A DNA stretch of 64,000 nucleotides from Verrucomicrobiaceae bacterium (GTDB lineage Bacteria > Verrucomicrobiota > Verrucomicrobiia > Verrucomicrobiales > Akkermansiaceae): positions 28,471 to 92,470 of the forward strand of contig JBPOGH010000018.1 of assembly GCA_051252135.1 (NCBI GenBank), in the 5' to 3' direction. The notes under the pieces are model-generated. The model did not search any database and had not been told where the DNA came from. It saw only the letters and a program-made list of their open reading frames with translations. Of the stretch, positions 37,195 through 46,556 are shown piece by piece. How positions within the stretch are numbered: position 1 is the stretch's first letter; each line of letters opens with the position of its first letter. Made by a program: the position numbers and the translations under genes.

Positions 37195-38213
37195 CGGGTG
37201 AGGGAGTGGTCGATGGAGCGGGAGCAGCCGCGGGGGAGGGCGGAGGGGTCCCGGCCGTGGAGGGTGAAGGAGCCATCGGGGTGGGCGGTGGCGAAGTCCT
37301 GGGTGCGGATGGCGGCGACGGAGTGGAGGTTGGCGAGGTCGTGGATCTGGAGGTATCCCATTTGGCCGTGGGGGAGGGGGGTTTCGGTTTGGGGGCAGAT
37401 GATTTGGGTGCGTGCCCAGTGGGGGAAGCGGTGGGTGCCTTGGGAGCCGGTGGCGTAGGCCTGGGAGGAGAGTTCGGTCATGCCGTATTCGTTATGGATG
37501 GCGGTATCGGGGACGTCGAAGAAGGAGGAGAGTTGTTGGTAGAGGTCGGCTTTGGCGAGGGTGCGGGAGGTGCCTTTGTAGCCTCCGGTTTCGAGGAGTT
37601 GGGAGCCTGAGGGGAGGGGGATGGGTTGGTGGGATTCGAGGAGGTGGAGGAAGGCGAGGGCGGTGCCGGCGAGGATGATGGGTTGGGTGAGGTGGTGGAG
37701 GGGGGCGAGGTGGAATTTTGCGTGGTAGAGGAGGAAGGGGGAGGTGTTTTGGGGGTCCAGCGCCTGGTGGAGGTGCTGGAACATGTTGACGAGGGAGGAG
37801 TGGGGGGATTCGGCGGGGGAGGGGCTGAGGAAGTGGAGGGGGAGCGGGGGGAGGTTTTTTTGCCAGTGGGTGCGTGCGGCGAGGTGGTAGGTGGTGGTGG
37901 CGGGGAAGTGGTGGGCGCCTTTGGTCTCGGTGGTGGTGCCGGAGGTGAGGAAGGTGATGGATCCGGTGGAGAGGGGGTAGGCGGGGAGTTTGAAGGCGCG
38001 GGTGGGGATGGCGGGGATGTCCTGCCAGCGGGTGACGGTGGCGGGAGTGAGGCCGAGGGAGGTGGCAAAACGGCGGTAGGGGGCGCAGTTTTCGAACTGT
38101 TGTTTGAATAGATGGAGGGCGAGATCGTTTAACCCTGCGGAGTTCTCCGAAGCGATGAGTCGGTGCACATCGGTCGCGAGTGGATATTCGGGTTGGGGGT
38201 GCTGGCTTGACAT
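37191..38213 (-). CDS. Acyl-protein synthetase (LuxE-like)
   Basis: IPAIPTRAFK, FLTSGTT, ETGGYKG, EYGMTELSSQAY, DLAN, GR....PRGCS. Confidence 0.85.
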   Translation of the reverse strand: MSSQHPQPEYPLATDVHRLIASENSAGLNDLALHLFKQQFENCAPYRRFATSLGLTPATVTRWQDIPAIPTRAFKLPAYPLSTGSITFLTSGTTTETKGAHHFPATTTYHLAARTHWQKNLPPLPLHFLSPSPAESPHSSLVNMFQHLHQALDPQNTSPFLLYHAKFHLAPLHHLTQPIILAGTALAFLHLLESHQPIPLPSGSQLLETGGYKGTSRTLAKADLYQQLSSFFDVPDTAIHNEYGMTELSSQAYATGSQGTHRFPHWARTQIICPQTETPLPHGQMGYLQIHDLANLHSVAAIRTQDFATAHPDGSFTLHGRDPSALPRGCSRSIDHSLTR

Positions 38214-38283
38214 TTTTTGGAATTCCAACGATGAACGCGGGGTCAGTTCACCCCCGACATTCCTACTGAAACTTATCACTGAC

Positions 38284-38742
38284 ATGAAAGCCATGATTTC
38301 TCTTCGCCATTTGTTGGCCCTTATTCTCACGGGGGCGTTCCTTGTGAGTTGTGCCCCATATCCTCCCGAGGGTCCGTTTAATCCGAATCCTGCGACTGCC
38401 GAGAAGGTGGTGCCCGAGGTGACCAAGAAGCAATCCGAGGTGGAGCGTCAGAAAGAAGAGAATCGCAAGCGGTTGGCGGCGAAGAAGCGGGCGGAGGCGA
38501 AGAAGCGGGCGGCAGATCGCGCTGCGGATCGTGAGGCTGAGGGCAGCAGGGAAGTGACGACTCCGAAGCCTCCCGAAGTGAAGCCGAAATCGAAGTATCC
38601 GACGGCGTCCCGGACGCGTCCGGGATTTGTGAAGAATCCTTATACGGGTGCGGAGGTGGATGTCCGTGGTGTGCCGGGTGGTTCGTTGGTGATTGATCCG
38701 GATGATCCGAATAAGGCGACGAACAAGTTCCGCATTCCCTAA
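38284..38742 (+). CDS. Hypothetical lipoprotein
   Basis: Lipobox LVSC; PGFVKNPY...VDVRG.P.G C-terminal motif. Confidence 0.75.
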   Translation: MKAMISLRHLLALILTGAFLVSCAPYPPEGPFNPNPATAEKVVPEVTKKQSEVERQKEENRKRLAAKKRAEAKKRAADRAADREAEGSREVTTPKPPEVKPKSKYPTASRTRPGFVKNPYTGAEVDVRGVPGGSLVIDPDDPNKATNKFRIP

Positions 38743-38808
38743 AGGGCGGATGTGATTTATTTTCCAGCCACGCCTTCAACGGAGGGCGTGGTTTTTTTTT
38801 CCACTGAG

Positions 38809-39645
38809 ATGAGTTTTACCAAAATCGCGATATTGGGCCCGGGGCTTCTCGGTGGCTCGGTGGCGTTGGCGGCCCGGGAGGCGGGGTTGGAGGTGTGTCT
38901 TTGGGGTCGGAATGCGGAGCGGGTGGAGGCGACGTGCGCGTTGGGGCTGGAGGCAACGACGGAGTTGGGGGAGGCGGTGAAGGGAGCGGATTTGGTGGTG
39001 CTGGCGGTGCCGGTGGGGGCGATGCCGAAGGTGGTGGAGGCGATGTTGCCGCATTTGGGCGAGGGCTGTCTGGTGACGGATGTGGGGAGTGTGAAGGTGC
39101 ATCCGCATCAGGAGGTGGGGTCGATGTTGCGCGGAGCGGGTGTTGATTTTGTGGGGAGTCATCCGATGGCGGGGTCCGAGCAGACGGGGGTGGAGGCGGC
39201 GCGGGGCGATCTTTTCCGGGGAGCGGCTTGTGTGGTGACGAATGATGAGGCGGTGGGGGAGGAGCGGGTGGAGGAGTTGGAAAAATTTTGGGAGGTGCTG
39301 GGGTGTCGGGTGAAGCATTTGACGGCGGCGGATCATGATCGGGCGGTGGCTCGGATCAGTCATTTCCCGCATGCGATGGCGGTGTTGACGGCGGAGGTGG
39401 GGTTGGCGACGGGTGATGAGGCCGGGTTGGCGGGGGGCGGGTTCCGTGATACGAGCCGGGTGGCGTCGGGGGATGCGAAGATGTGGGCGGAGATCATGAT
39501 GGAGAATCGGGGGGCGTTGATGGCGATGTTGCGGGAAGCGGAGGGGTCGATGCGTGAATTGCTTGTCATGTTGGAGGATTCCGACGATGAAGGGCTGGAG
39601 CAGTATTTGGCCAAGGTCAAAGAGATGCGGGATGCGGTGAGCTGA
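38809..39645 (+). CDS. tyrA: Prephenate/arogenate dehydrogenase
   Basis: GPGLLGGS, TDVGSVK, HPMAGSE, HD..VA.ISH.PH, GFRDTSRVA. Confidence 0.93.
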   Translation: MSFTKIAILGPGLLGGSVALAAREAGLEVCLWGRNAERVEATCALGLEATTELGEAVKGADLVVLAVPVGAMPKVVEAMLPHLGEGCLVTDVGSVKVHPHQEVGSMLRGAGVDFVGSHPMAGSEQTGVEAARGDLFRGAACVVTNDEAVGEERVEELEKFWEVLGCRVKHLTAADHDRAVARISHFPHAMAVLTAEVGLATGDEAGLAGGGFRDTSRVASGDAKMWAEIMMENRGALMAMLREAEGSMRELLVMLEDSDDEGLEQYLAKVKEMRDAVS

Positions 39646-39657
39646 GAAATTTTTACA

Positions 39658-40971
39658 ATGAGCGATACAATCAAGGTAAGTCCGTTGCAGGCGGTTTCAG
39701 GGGAGCTGGCGGTGCCGGGAGACAAGAGCATCTCGCATCGGGCGGCCATTTTGGCGGGTCTTTCGGACGGTTCGTGCCGGGTGGAGAATTTTCTCCCGAG
39801 TGAGGATTGTGTGAACACGCTGCGGGCGATGGGTCAGTTGGGGGTGAAGTATGAGGTGGAGAAGGGGACGCCGGAGGCTCCGATTGATATGGTGATCCAT
39901 GGTTGCAATGGCGAGCTGCGGGCTCCGACAACGGAGTTGGATTGCGGGAATTCGGGGACGGGGATGCGGCTTTTGGCAGGGGTGTTGGCGGCTCAGAAAT
40001 TTGACAGCACCCTGATCGGTGATGCGTCGCTTTCATCGCGTCCGATGGGGCGGATCATGAAGCCGCTGGAGCTGATGGGTGCGAAGATTGATGCGAAGGG
40101 GGTGAAGCCCGGTTGTGCGCCGCTGAAGATTACGGGGGGTGAGCTGAAGCCGATCCGGTATGAGATGCCGATGGCGAGCGCGCAGGTGAAGAGTGCGATC
40201 TTGTTGGCGGGGTTATTTGCTCCGGACCGGACGACGGTGATTCAGCCGGCGACGACACGGGATCACACGGAGCGTTTGCTGAATTCCTTTGGGGTGAGTG
40301 TGACCACGAACGGGAATGAGATTTCGGTTTATGGAGGTCAGCGGGTGAGATCGCGTGATCTGGTGGTGCCGGGTGATATTTCGAGTGCGGCGTTTTGGCT
40401 GGTGGCGGCGGCTTGTCGGCCCGGTGCGAGGCTGTTGATTACCAACGTGGGTCTGAATCCAACGCGGACGGCGATACTTGACGTGTTGGTGCGGATGGGG
40501 GCGCACATTAAGGATGTGGTGCTTCATGAGGACGGCGGTGAGCCGCGGGGAAACATTGAGGTGATCGGGCAGGAATTGCACGGGACCGAGATTCGTCGTG
40601 AGGAAGTGCCGAACCTGATTGATGAGGTTCCGATTCTTGCGGTGGCGGGTGCTCTTTCGAAGGGGAAGATGGTGATTCGCAATGCGGAGGAGTTGCGGGT
40701 GAAGGAGACGGACCGGATTGAGACCACGACGCAGAATCTGCGGGAGATGGGAGGCGAGGTGGAGGAGTTTGAGGACGGGATGGAAATTACGGGAGGTCAG
40801 CCGCTCAAGGGGGCGCATTTGAAGAGTTTCGGGGATCATCGCATTGCGATGGCCTTTGCGATGGCGGGCTTGCTGGCCGAGAGCGGCAGCACGGTGATTG
40901 AGGATACGGCGTGTGTGAACACGTCTTACCCTGGCTTTGCCGAGCACCTTAAATTGATGCGGAAACGATGA
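39658..40971 (+). CDS. aroA: EPSP synthase
   Basis: PGDKSISHR, DCGNSGT, SAQVKS, LRVKETDR, DHRIAM. Confidence 0.97.
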   Translation: MSDTIKVSPLQAVSGELAVPGDKSISHRAAILAGLSDGSCRVENFLPSEDCVNTLRAMGQLGVKYEVEKGTPEAPIDMVIHGCNGELRAPTTELDCGNSGTGMRLLAGVLAAQKFDSTLIGDASLSSRPMGRIMKPLELMGAKIDAKGVKPGCAPLKITGGELKPIRYEMPMASAQVKSAILLAGLFAPDRTTVIQPATTRDHTERLLNSFGVSVTTNGNEISVYGGQRVRSRDLVVPGDISSAAFWLVAAACRPGARLLITNVGLNPTRTAILDVLVRMGAHIKDVVLHEDGGEPRGNIEVIGQELHGTEIRREEVPNLIDEVPILAVAGALSKGKMVIRNAEELRVKETDRIETTTQNLREMGGEVEEFEDGMEITGGQPLKGAHLKSFGDHRIAMAFAMAGLLAESGSTVIEDTACVNTSYPGFAEHLKLMRKR

Positions 40972-41618
40972 TGGGAACACACAGAGCAGTGGCGATTGAC
41001 GGGCCGGCGGCATCAGGGAAAAGCACGGTGGCCAAGCGGCTGGCGGATGCGCTCGGGATGGTGATGGTGAATTCCGGGGCGATGTATCGCGCGGTGACTT
41101 GGCAGCTTCTTGAGAGCGGGGTGGATCCGAAGAACGCGGAGGCGGTGGTGGAATCTGTTGCGGGTTTGGAGATTGATTGCGGGGTGGAATCGAATCGATC
41201 GACGGTCAGCATCAACGGACGTCTTTTGGATGAGGAGCTGAGATTGCCGGAGGTGAATGCGAGTGTTTCCCATGTGGCGGCGGTGCCGCAGGTGCGGGAG
41301 CGGCTGGTGCAGTTGCAGCGTGATTATTTGGAGCGCAGTGATGTGGTGATGGAGGGGCGGGATATTGGATCGGTGGTTTTCCCCGAAACGCCCTACAAAC
41401 TTTATATTGATGCCTCGGAGGAGGTGCGGCGGGCCCGTCGTGCCGCGGATGGAGAGGCGGATGCGGTGGCGGCGCGGGATGCGCAGGACAGCCAACGGAA
41501 GACGGCTCCGCTGAAGATTTCCGATGGTGCGGTGGTGATTGATTCATCGCACTCGACGATTGAAGAGGTGGTGGAGGAGGCGAAGGCCGCGCTGGTGAAA
41601 CTTGGTTGGGAAAATTAG
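40968..41618 (+). CDS. cmk: Cytidylate kinase
   Basis: AIDGPAASGKST, GAMYRA, MEGRDIG. Confidence 0.95.
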   Translation: MMGTHRAVAIDGPAASGKSTVAKRLADALGMVMVNSGAMYRAVTWQLLESGVDPKNAEAVVESVAGLEIDCGVESNRSTVSINGRLLDEELRLPEVNASVSHVAAVPQVRERLVQLQRDYLERSDVVMEGRDIGSVVFPETPYKLYIDASEEVRRARRAADGEADAVAARDAQDSQRKTAPLKISDGAVVIDSSHSTIEEVVEEAKAALVKLGWEN

Positions 41619-41620
41619 AA

Positions 41621-42232
41621 ATGAAGACGATTTACTGGATAGGAGTAACGATTTTTCGTGCGGCATCGACGGCCTTTTTTGGCTATCGGGTGGTGGGGCG
41701 TGAGAAATTGATTCAGGAGGGCGGGGTGCTGGTGGCCTCGAACCACGAGAGTTTTCTGGATCCTCCGTTGGTGGGGATCGCTTATGAGTCCGAGGTTTAT
41801 TACCTGGCACGGAAGACTCTTTTTAAGGGGTTTTTCAACTGGCTTTACACGCGTTGGAATGCGGTGCCGGTGGATCAGGAGCGGCCGGATATGACGAGCT
41901 TGAAGCGGATCATTAAGATTTTGCGCAGTGGTGAGCGGGTGGTGGTGTTTCCCGAGGGGGCGCGGACTTTGGACGGTGAGCTGGGACCGGCTGGTGCCGG
42001 GGTGGGTTTGATTGTGGCAAAGAGTAAGGCGAAGGTGCAGCCGATCCGGATTTTTGGAGCACGGGATTGTTTGCCGAGAGGGAGTGGGAAGCTTCGCTTT
42101 GCGCGGGTGACGATTGTGGTGGGAGATCCGATTGAGTTTTCGCCCGAAGAGTTGGCGGCGAAGGGCCGGGACGGATATCAGGCGGTTTCTGATCGAATTA
42201 TGGCGGAAATTGCCAAATTGGAGCTTTCTTGA
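41621..42232 (+). CDS. plsC: 1-acyl-sn-glycerol-3-phosphate acyltransferase
   Basis: NHESFLD and FPEGART. Confidence 0.88.
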   Translation: MKTIYWIGVTIFRAASTAFFGYRVVGREKLIQEGGVLVASNHESFLDPPLVGIAYESEVYYLARKTLFKGFFNWLYTRWNAVPVDQERPDMTSLKRIIKILRSGERVVVFPEGARTLDGELGPAGAGVGLIVAKSKAKVQPIRIFGARDCLPRGSGKLRFARVTIVVGDPIEFSPEELAAKGRDGYQAVSDRIMAEIAKLELS

Positions 42233-42320
42233 TAGAAAAACGGGCAAATATTGAACGGAAAGATTGTCTTGGGGCACTAGACAGATGACACTTCCTTAAC
42301 GTTCACACTTAGAATTACGA

Positions 42321-43937
42321 ATGAACCTTCAAATCCACTGTCCGGCCTGCAATCGTCGTTTTCGAGTCCACGACGATCTCACCGGTAAAACGGTTGAGTG
42401 TGGGGCGTGTGATCATCGGTTTTTGGTCTCGGCCGAGACCATTGTGGCGGAGAAAGAGCGATTTTACCCCGGGGAGCATCACGATGGGATGTTGGATCGA
42501 TTCGGGCGATCGCCGGTGCGGGAGGATGTGCCGGTGAATTTCAAGACCGCGGCGTATGATCCGCAGGCATCGGCTGATTCCGTGTTGCCAAGTACTCCCG
42601 CGCAGACCTTTGCGTCGATCGTTGGGGTTAGTCTTATTGTTTTGTTCGGGGTGTTTTTCACGCTGACTTCGGGAGAGGGGCAGCTTTTTCAAGATGTCAC
42701 TTTGGTTCAACGGCTGACTTTGGGCGGGTTTGTCGCAGTGGTGGGTTCTTTGCTGTTGATTGTGGGCGCCAAGACGTGGCGGAACCGGGGGGTTTTGTTG
42801 GCGACGGTCCTGAGTGCCGTGCTGCTGGCTCTGATTTATATCCGGCCGGTGCATATTACTCCGAGATCGGGCGGAATGGCCGATGCGAAAGGCGCGCAGG
42901 GGAATGGAGCGGCGGCATCCGATCCCGAGGAGAGTCCATTGTCGGACGAGGACAAGTATCTCAAGCACATTGGCTATGGGAGTGTGGAGAAGAAATTTGA
43001 GGAGGCGGCTGACCCGGCGAACGGGATCAACGGGAAAGACTCGGTGATCGCAATCTACGTTCACCCTTTCAAGGAGAGCGATCTGATTGCGTTGGAGCAG
43101 TTTTTTACCCGGGTGCTGAAGCTTGCGCCGACGGAGGCAATGATTGCCTATACGAGGGATGGCGGGAATGCCCGATTGTTGGTTCTTACCGAGGTGAAGG
43201 TTCCGTTTGGCCGGATTGCGGATTTCTGCGAATCATTGGGGAAAGTGAAGACTTTGCCTGACCGCAGAGTGATCGATCTGACTCTTTCGCAAGCGGTTTT
43301 TGCGGAGCCCAGTCCGGAGCAGAACAAGCGTCTGACGGATGTGGAGAGCGAGTATTTTTGCTCGGCCAACCTGGATGAATTGGGTCACATCAATTTGAAC
43401 AGGGTGACGAAAGCGGTGCAGCGGCTTGGCAGTGTCCCTGATGACAAGTTGCTCAGGCACAAGCCTGAGATTGTCGCTTCCCTTTTGAATCTCTTGAAGA
43501 AAGAGAATGATGAAGATTTGATGAGCGAGATCGGGCTGACTTTGCAAATATGGGCGAAGGACGACGCGGTGGTGGCCGATGAAGTGGGGCAAGAGATCTT
43601 GGGCTGGTTCGAGGAAGGGAGCAAGATACCGGTTTCTCTGGTGGATTACCTTACGGCAAGCGGGGTCGATAGTGCCCTGGCAATTGTTGACGGGTTATGG
43701 GCAGTGGATCCATCCCGGTGGTCCGAGCAGTATGAGGCTCTTGGAAAGAGCGGGGAGAGCCGATTGGTTTATCATTTGAAGAGCTCTCCAATTCAGGTCA
43801 AGAAAGCAGCTGCGGCAATGCTTCGGAAGGTTGGAACGCAGGAAAGTGTCCCTGCGTTGCAGGCGACGATGGGGGTGATTGATGATGAAATGGATATTTT
43901 GATTGTGCGAGCGCTGGAGATGATTAAATCACGCTAA
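42321..43937 (+). CDS. Hypothetical membrane protein with N-terminal Zn-ribbon and C-terminal HEAT-like repeats
   Basis: CPAC...CGAC; three TM segments. Confidence 0.75.
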   Translation: MNLQIHCPACNRRFRVHDDLTGKTVECGACDHRFLVSAETIVAEKERFYPGEHHDGMLDRFGRSPVREDVPVNFKTAAYDPQASADSVLPSTPAQTFASIVGVSLIVLFGVFFTLTSGEGQLFQDVTLVQRLTLGGFVAVVGSLLLIVGAKTWRNRGVLLATVLSAVLLALIYIRPVHITPRSGGMADAKGAQGNGAAASDPEESPLSDEDKYLKHIGYGSVEKKFEEAADPANGINGKDSVIAIYVHPFKESDLIALEQFFTRVLKLAPTEAMIAYTRDGGNARLLVLTEVKVPFGRIADFCESLGKVKTLPDRRVIDLTLSQAVFAEPSPEQNKRLTDVESEYFCSANLDELGHINLNRVTKAVQRLGSVPDDKLLRHKPEIVASLLNLLKKENDEDLMSEIGLTLQIWAKDDAVVADEVGQEILGWFEEGSKIPVSLVDYLTASGVDSALAIVDGLWAVDPSRWSEQYEALGKSGESRLVYHLKSSPIQVKKAAAAMLRKVGTQESVPALQATMGVIDDEMDILIVRALEMIKSR

Positions 43938-43953
43938 GCACAGGATTTGAGAT

Positions 43954-44036
43954 GCCGCCGTGGCGGAATTGGTAGACGCTGCGGATTTAAAATCCGTTGA
44001 CCCCAGGTCGTGCGGGTTCGATCCCCGCCGGCGGTA
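43954..44036 (+). tRNA. tRNA-Leu (TAA)
   Basis: Acceptor GCCGCCG/CGGCGGT-A; anticodon arm GCGGA-TTTAAAA-TCCGT; long variable arm; GTTCGAT T-loop; CCA not encoded. Confidence 0.96.
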
Positions 44037-44133
44037 CTCTGGAATCCCGGGATAGAAAAAATCCCCATTCCGCGATGATCGGGAATGAGGATTCGAAGCT
44101 GAAACCGAAGAAGTGGGAGTTTCTACCCGAAGG

Positions 44134-44718
44134 TTAGCGCTTGCGACGCAGGAGGCCCAGGAGGGCGATTCCACCGAGAAGCGCTGAAGAGGGCTCGGGA
44201 ACGGCCTCGAAGCTGATGGACCGAAGTCCTGCCTGATTGGGTCCACCTGAGGGGGTGGGGCCTGCGATGCTGGAAAAGTCGATGACGATGTGGTTGCCGT
44301 CGGGAGGGGTGCCATTCGAGAGAGCAAAATCTTCACCGAGGCCGACTCCGACGTAATCGAAGTCGATATTGATGGGGAGATCGCCTTTGAAGGTGACTTC
44401 TACCCGGGTCTGATCGCTGAAGCCGAGGGCTGGAATGGGCTCGGGAGCTTCGTTGGTGAACTCGGTGGTGACGGTTGAACGGTAGGATTCACCGGAGAGT
44501 TGAGGGCCGGAATCGACGGAACGCAGGATTTGGAACTCCACGTCACCGTAGCCGGGAACGTTTACGACGATGGGCACGAGGGAGGGGGGACCGGGATCGA
44601 GATCTCCCAAGATGTAGGTGGTGGAGCTTCCCAGATGGGAGGAGAAATCCACAGTGAAGGCATGAGCGGTGGTGGAGCCGCAAACGGCGAGACCCGCTAG
44701 TAGTGCTGATGTTTTCAT
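44134..44718 (-). CDS. PEP-CTERM protein
   Basis: VPEPSSALLGGIALLGLLRRKR. Confidence 0.9.
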   Translation of the reverse strand: MKTSALLAGLAVCGSTTAHAFTVDFSSHLGSSTTYILGDLDPGPPSLVPIVVNVPGYGDVEFQILRSVDSGPQLSGESYRSTVTTEFTNEAPEPIPALGFSDQTRVEVTFKGDLPINIDFDYVGVGLGEDFALSNGTPPDGNHIVIDFSSIAGPTPSGGPNQAGLRSISFEAVPEPSSALLGGIALLGLLRRKR

Positions 44719-44883
44719 AATGAGGGTGAGGAGAAATTCTCAAAAAAAACTAGATAAGGCAACCTAAATGTTAATATTTTTTAATATTAAAGAGAAATGG
44801 TGAATAAAATATAGGGATGGAGCAAAAGAAAAACCCCCCATCCGCAGAGCAGATGAGGGGTTGGAAAAGATTGGGTGAGAGCG

Positions 44884-45402
44884 TTAGCGCCTTCTGCGAA
44901 GGAGGGTGAACCCTGCAAACCCGAGGAGGAGGGCGGAGGAAGGCTCGGGGACAGCGTCCCAGCTGATGGCGCGAAGTCCGGAGCTGCCGGCGGCGTTGGC
45001 GCTGTCGAAATCGAGAATATAGTCGGTCTGAAGTGGCGGTGCGCCTGCTGCCGAGAGATCGAAGTCGTCGCCGAAGCTTACGCCGACGTAGTCGAAGTCG
45101 ACATTGATGGCGGTTGGTCCGTTGAAGCGAACGGTGATCGAATCGGTATTGTTAAACTCGAGGGAAGTGATGGGGCTGCCGTCGTTTGAGAAGGATTGGG
45201 CGATTTCGAGAGTTTTGTTGAGATTGGCGAAGATGGTGACCGAGCCGTAACCGGGAACGGGAAGTTCGATATGGTCCTGTTGCCCGAGGCCCGCCGGATT
45301 TTGAATAATGGTGCCCAGGTTACCGGTGAAATCGACGCTAAAGGCGGAGGCCGAAAGGGAAGTGGCGACCAGAGCCGTAAGAAATGAGATGGGGAGTTTC
45401 AT
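44884..45402 (-). CDS. PEP-CTERM protein (paralog of 44134-44718)
   Basis: VPEPSSALLLGFAGFTLLRRRR; shared VPGYG, IN.DFDYVGV and GLR.IS. Confidence 0.9.
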   Translation of the reverse strand: MKLPISFLTALVATSLSASAFSVDFTGNLGTIIQNPAGLGQQDHIELPVPGYGSVTIFANLNKTLEIAQSFSNDGSPITSLEFNNTDSITVRFNGPTAINVDFDYVGVSFGDDFDLSAAGAPPLQTDYILDFDSANAAGSSGLRAISWDAVPEPSSALLLGFAGFTLLRRRR

Positions 45403-45577
45403 AACGAGTGGGACTATATTTACTTAAGAAACCTGTAAAATCAAGACTTATTCACAGTTTGAAGGCAAAGGGGATTTCTGGAGGGCGAATGAGATTTCCG
45501 GAGGGGGAGGGAGGGTGTGTGAATTGAAGAGCAGGTAGGTGGTTGACGCTTGGGAGAGGGGGACTATGCTTGGCGAT

Positions 45578-46027
45578 ATGTCAGACGCGGTTGCAGAAGG
45601 AAAAACGATTCTCGAGACGATGCTCGGAAAGTTGGGATTCGAATTTGAGGTGGAGGTGACGGGAGAGGAGCATCAATCTCTCAACATTGTGTCGCCCCAG
45701 CAGGCCATTTTGATTGGGAAGGGCGGGGATCGCCTGGATGACTTGCAGTATTTGGTGAATCGAATTCTGCGGGGATCGAATCCCGATGCCCCGAGGGTGC
45801 GGGTGGATTGTGACGGATACCGTGCGCAGCAGGAGGAGCGGGTGCAAGAGAAGGCCCGTCATTTTGCGGAGAAGGTTAAGGAGTCGGGCAAGGAGGTTTG
45901 GATGAACGCGATGAATTCCTATCATCGTCGTTTGGTGCACAATGCGTTGGTGGATGATCCCGAGGTGGAGAGCATTTCGGAGGATTCCAATTTGCGGAAC
46001 AAGAAGATCCTGATTCGGCTGAAGTAG
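45578..46027 (+). CDS. jag: Jag/KhpB-like KH + R3H RNA-binding protein
   Basis: LIGKGGDRLDDLQYL and MNSYHRRLVH. Confidence 0.85.
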   Translation: MSDAVAEGKTILETMLGKLGFEFEVEVTGEEHQSLNIVSPQQAILIGKGGDRLDDLQYLVNRILRGSNPDAPRVRVDCDGYRAQQEERVQEKARHFAEKVKESGKEVWMNAMNSYHRRLVHNALVDDPEVESISEDSNLRNKKILIRLK

Positions 46028-46037
46028 CTGTATCCTG

Positions 46038-46388
46038 ATGGAGACGCACCGTCTTGTGTTGCCCGGGGACCTGAATCAGTTCGGGTTTCTTTTCGGGGGA
46101 CGCTTGTTGGGGTGGATTGATGAGGCGAGCTGGATTGCGGCGAGTCTGGACTTTCCGGAGTGCCGGTTTGTGACGATCGGGATGGATGAGGTGGTGTTTC
46201 GCCACAGTGTGGGGGAGGGGACGATCCTGGCGATTGAGTCGGAGAAGGTGGCGCAGGGGGAGACCTCGGTGACGTATGGGGTGACGGTGAGGCGGGGGCG
46301 GGCGAAAGAAGGCTCGCCGATTTTTTCGACAAAGGTTACCTTTGTGAATGTCGATCCGGAGGGTCGGAAACACGTAATTAAAGAATGA
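46038..46388 (+). CDS. Acyl-CoA thioesterase (hotdog fold)
   Basis: LVLPGDLNQFGFLFGGRLLGWIDE. Confidence 0.88.
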   Translation: METHRLVLPGDLNQFGFLFGGRLLGWIDEASWIAASLDFPECRFVTIGMDEVVFRHSVGEGTILAIESEKVAQGETSVTYGVTVRRGRAKEGSPIFSTKVTFVNVDPEGRKHVIKE

Positions 46389-46556
46389 TGGAAGCAGGAG
46401 GAATAGGACTCAATGAGATGGTGGTGATTCTTTTGCTTCTGGTGGGGAGTGCCAATCCGCTGACACTTTTGAAGTTGGTGTTTGGGATGGGGTGGATGTT
46501 TGCTTTCAGGATGTAGAAAAGCCGTGGCTTTTTCGATAAGGGGGCTAGGTTGAGTT

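Noticed and set aside
36190..38213. Bioluminescence operon
   Set aside because: No luxA, luxB or luxD in the window
38208..38232. Fourth TGACATT promoter motif
   Set aside because: Followed by ACGAT at 13-nt spacing and overlaps the luxE-like start codon; more likely a sigma70-type TTGACA or chance
43954..45402. tRNA-anchored genomic island
   Set aside because: No integrase and no duplicated tRNA 3' end seen
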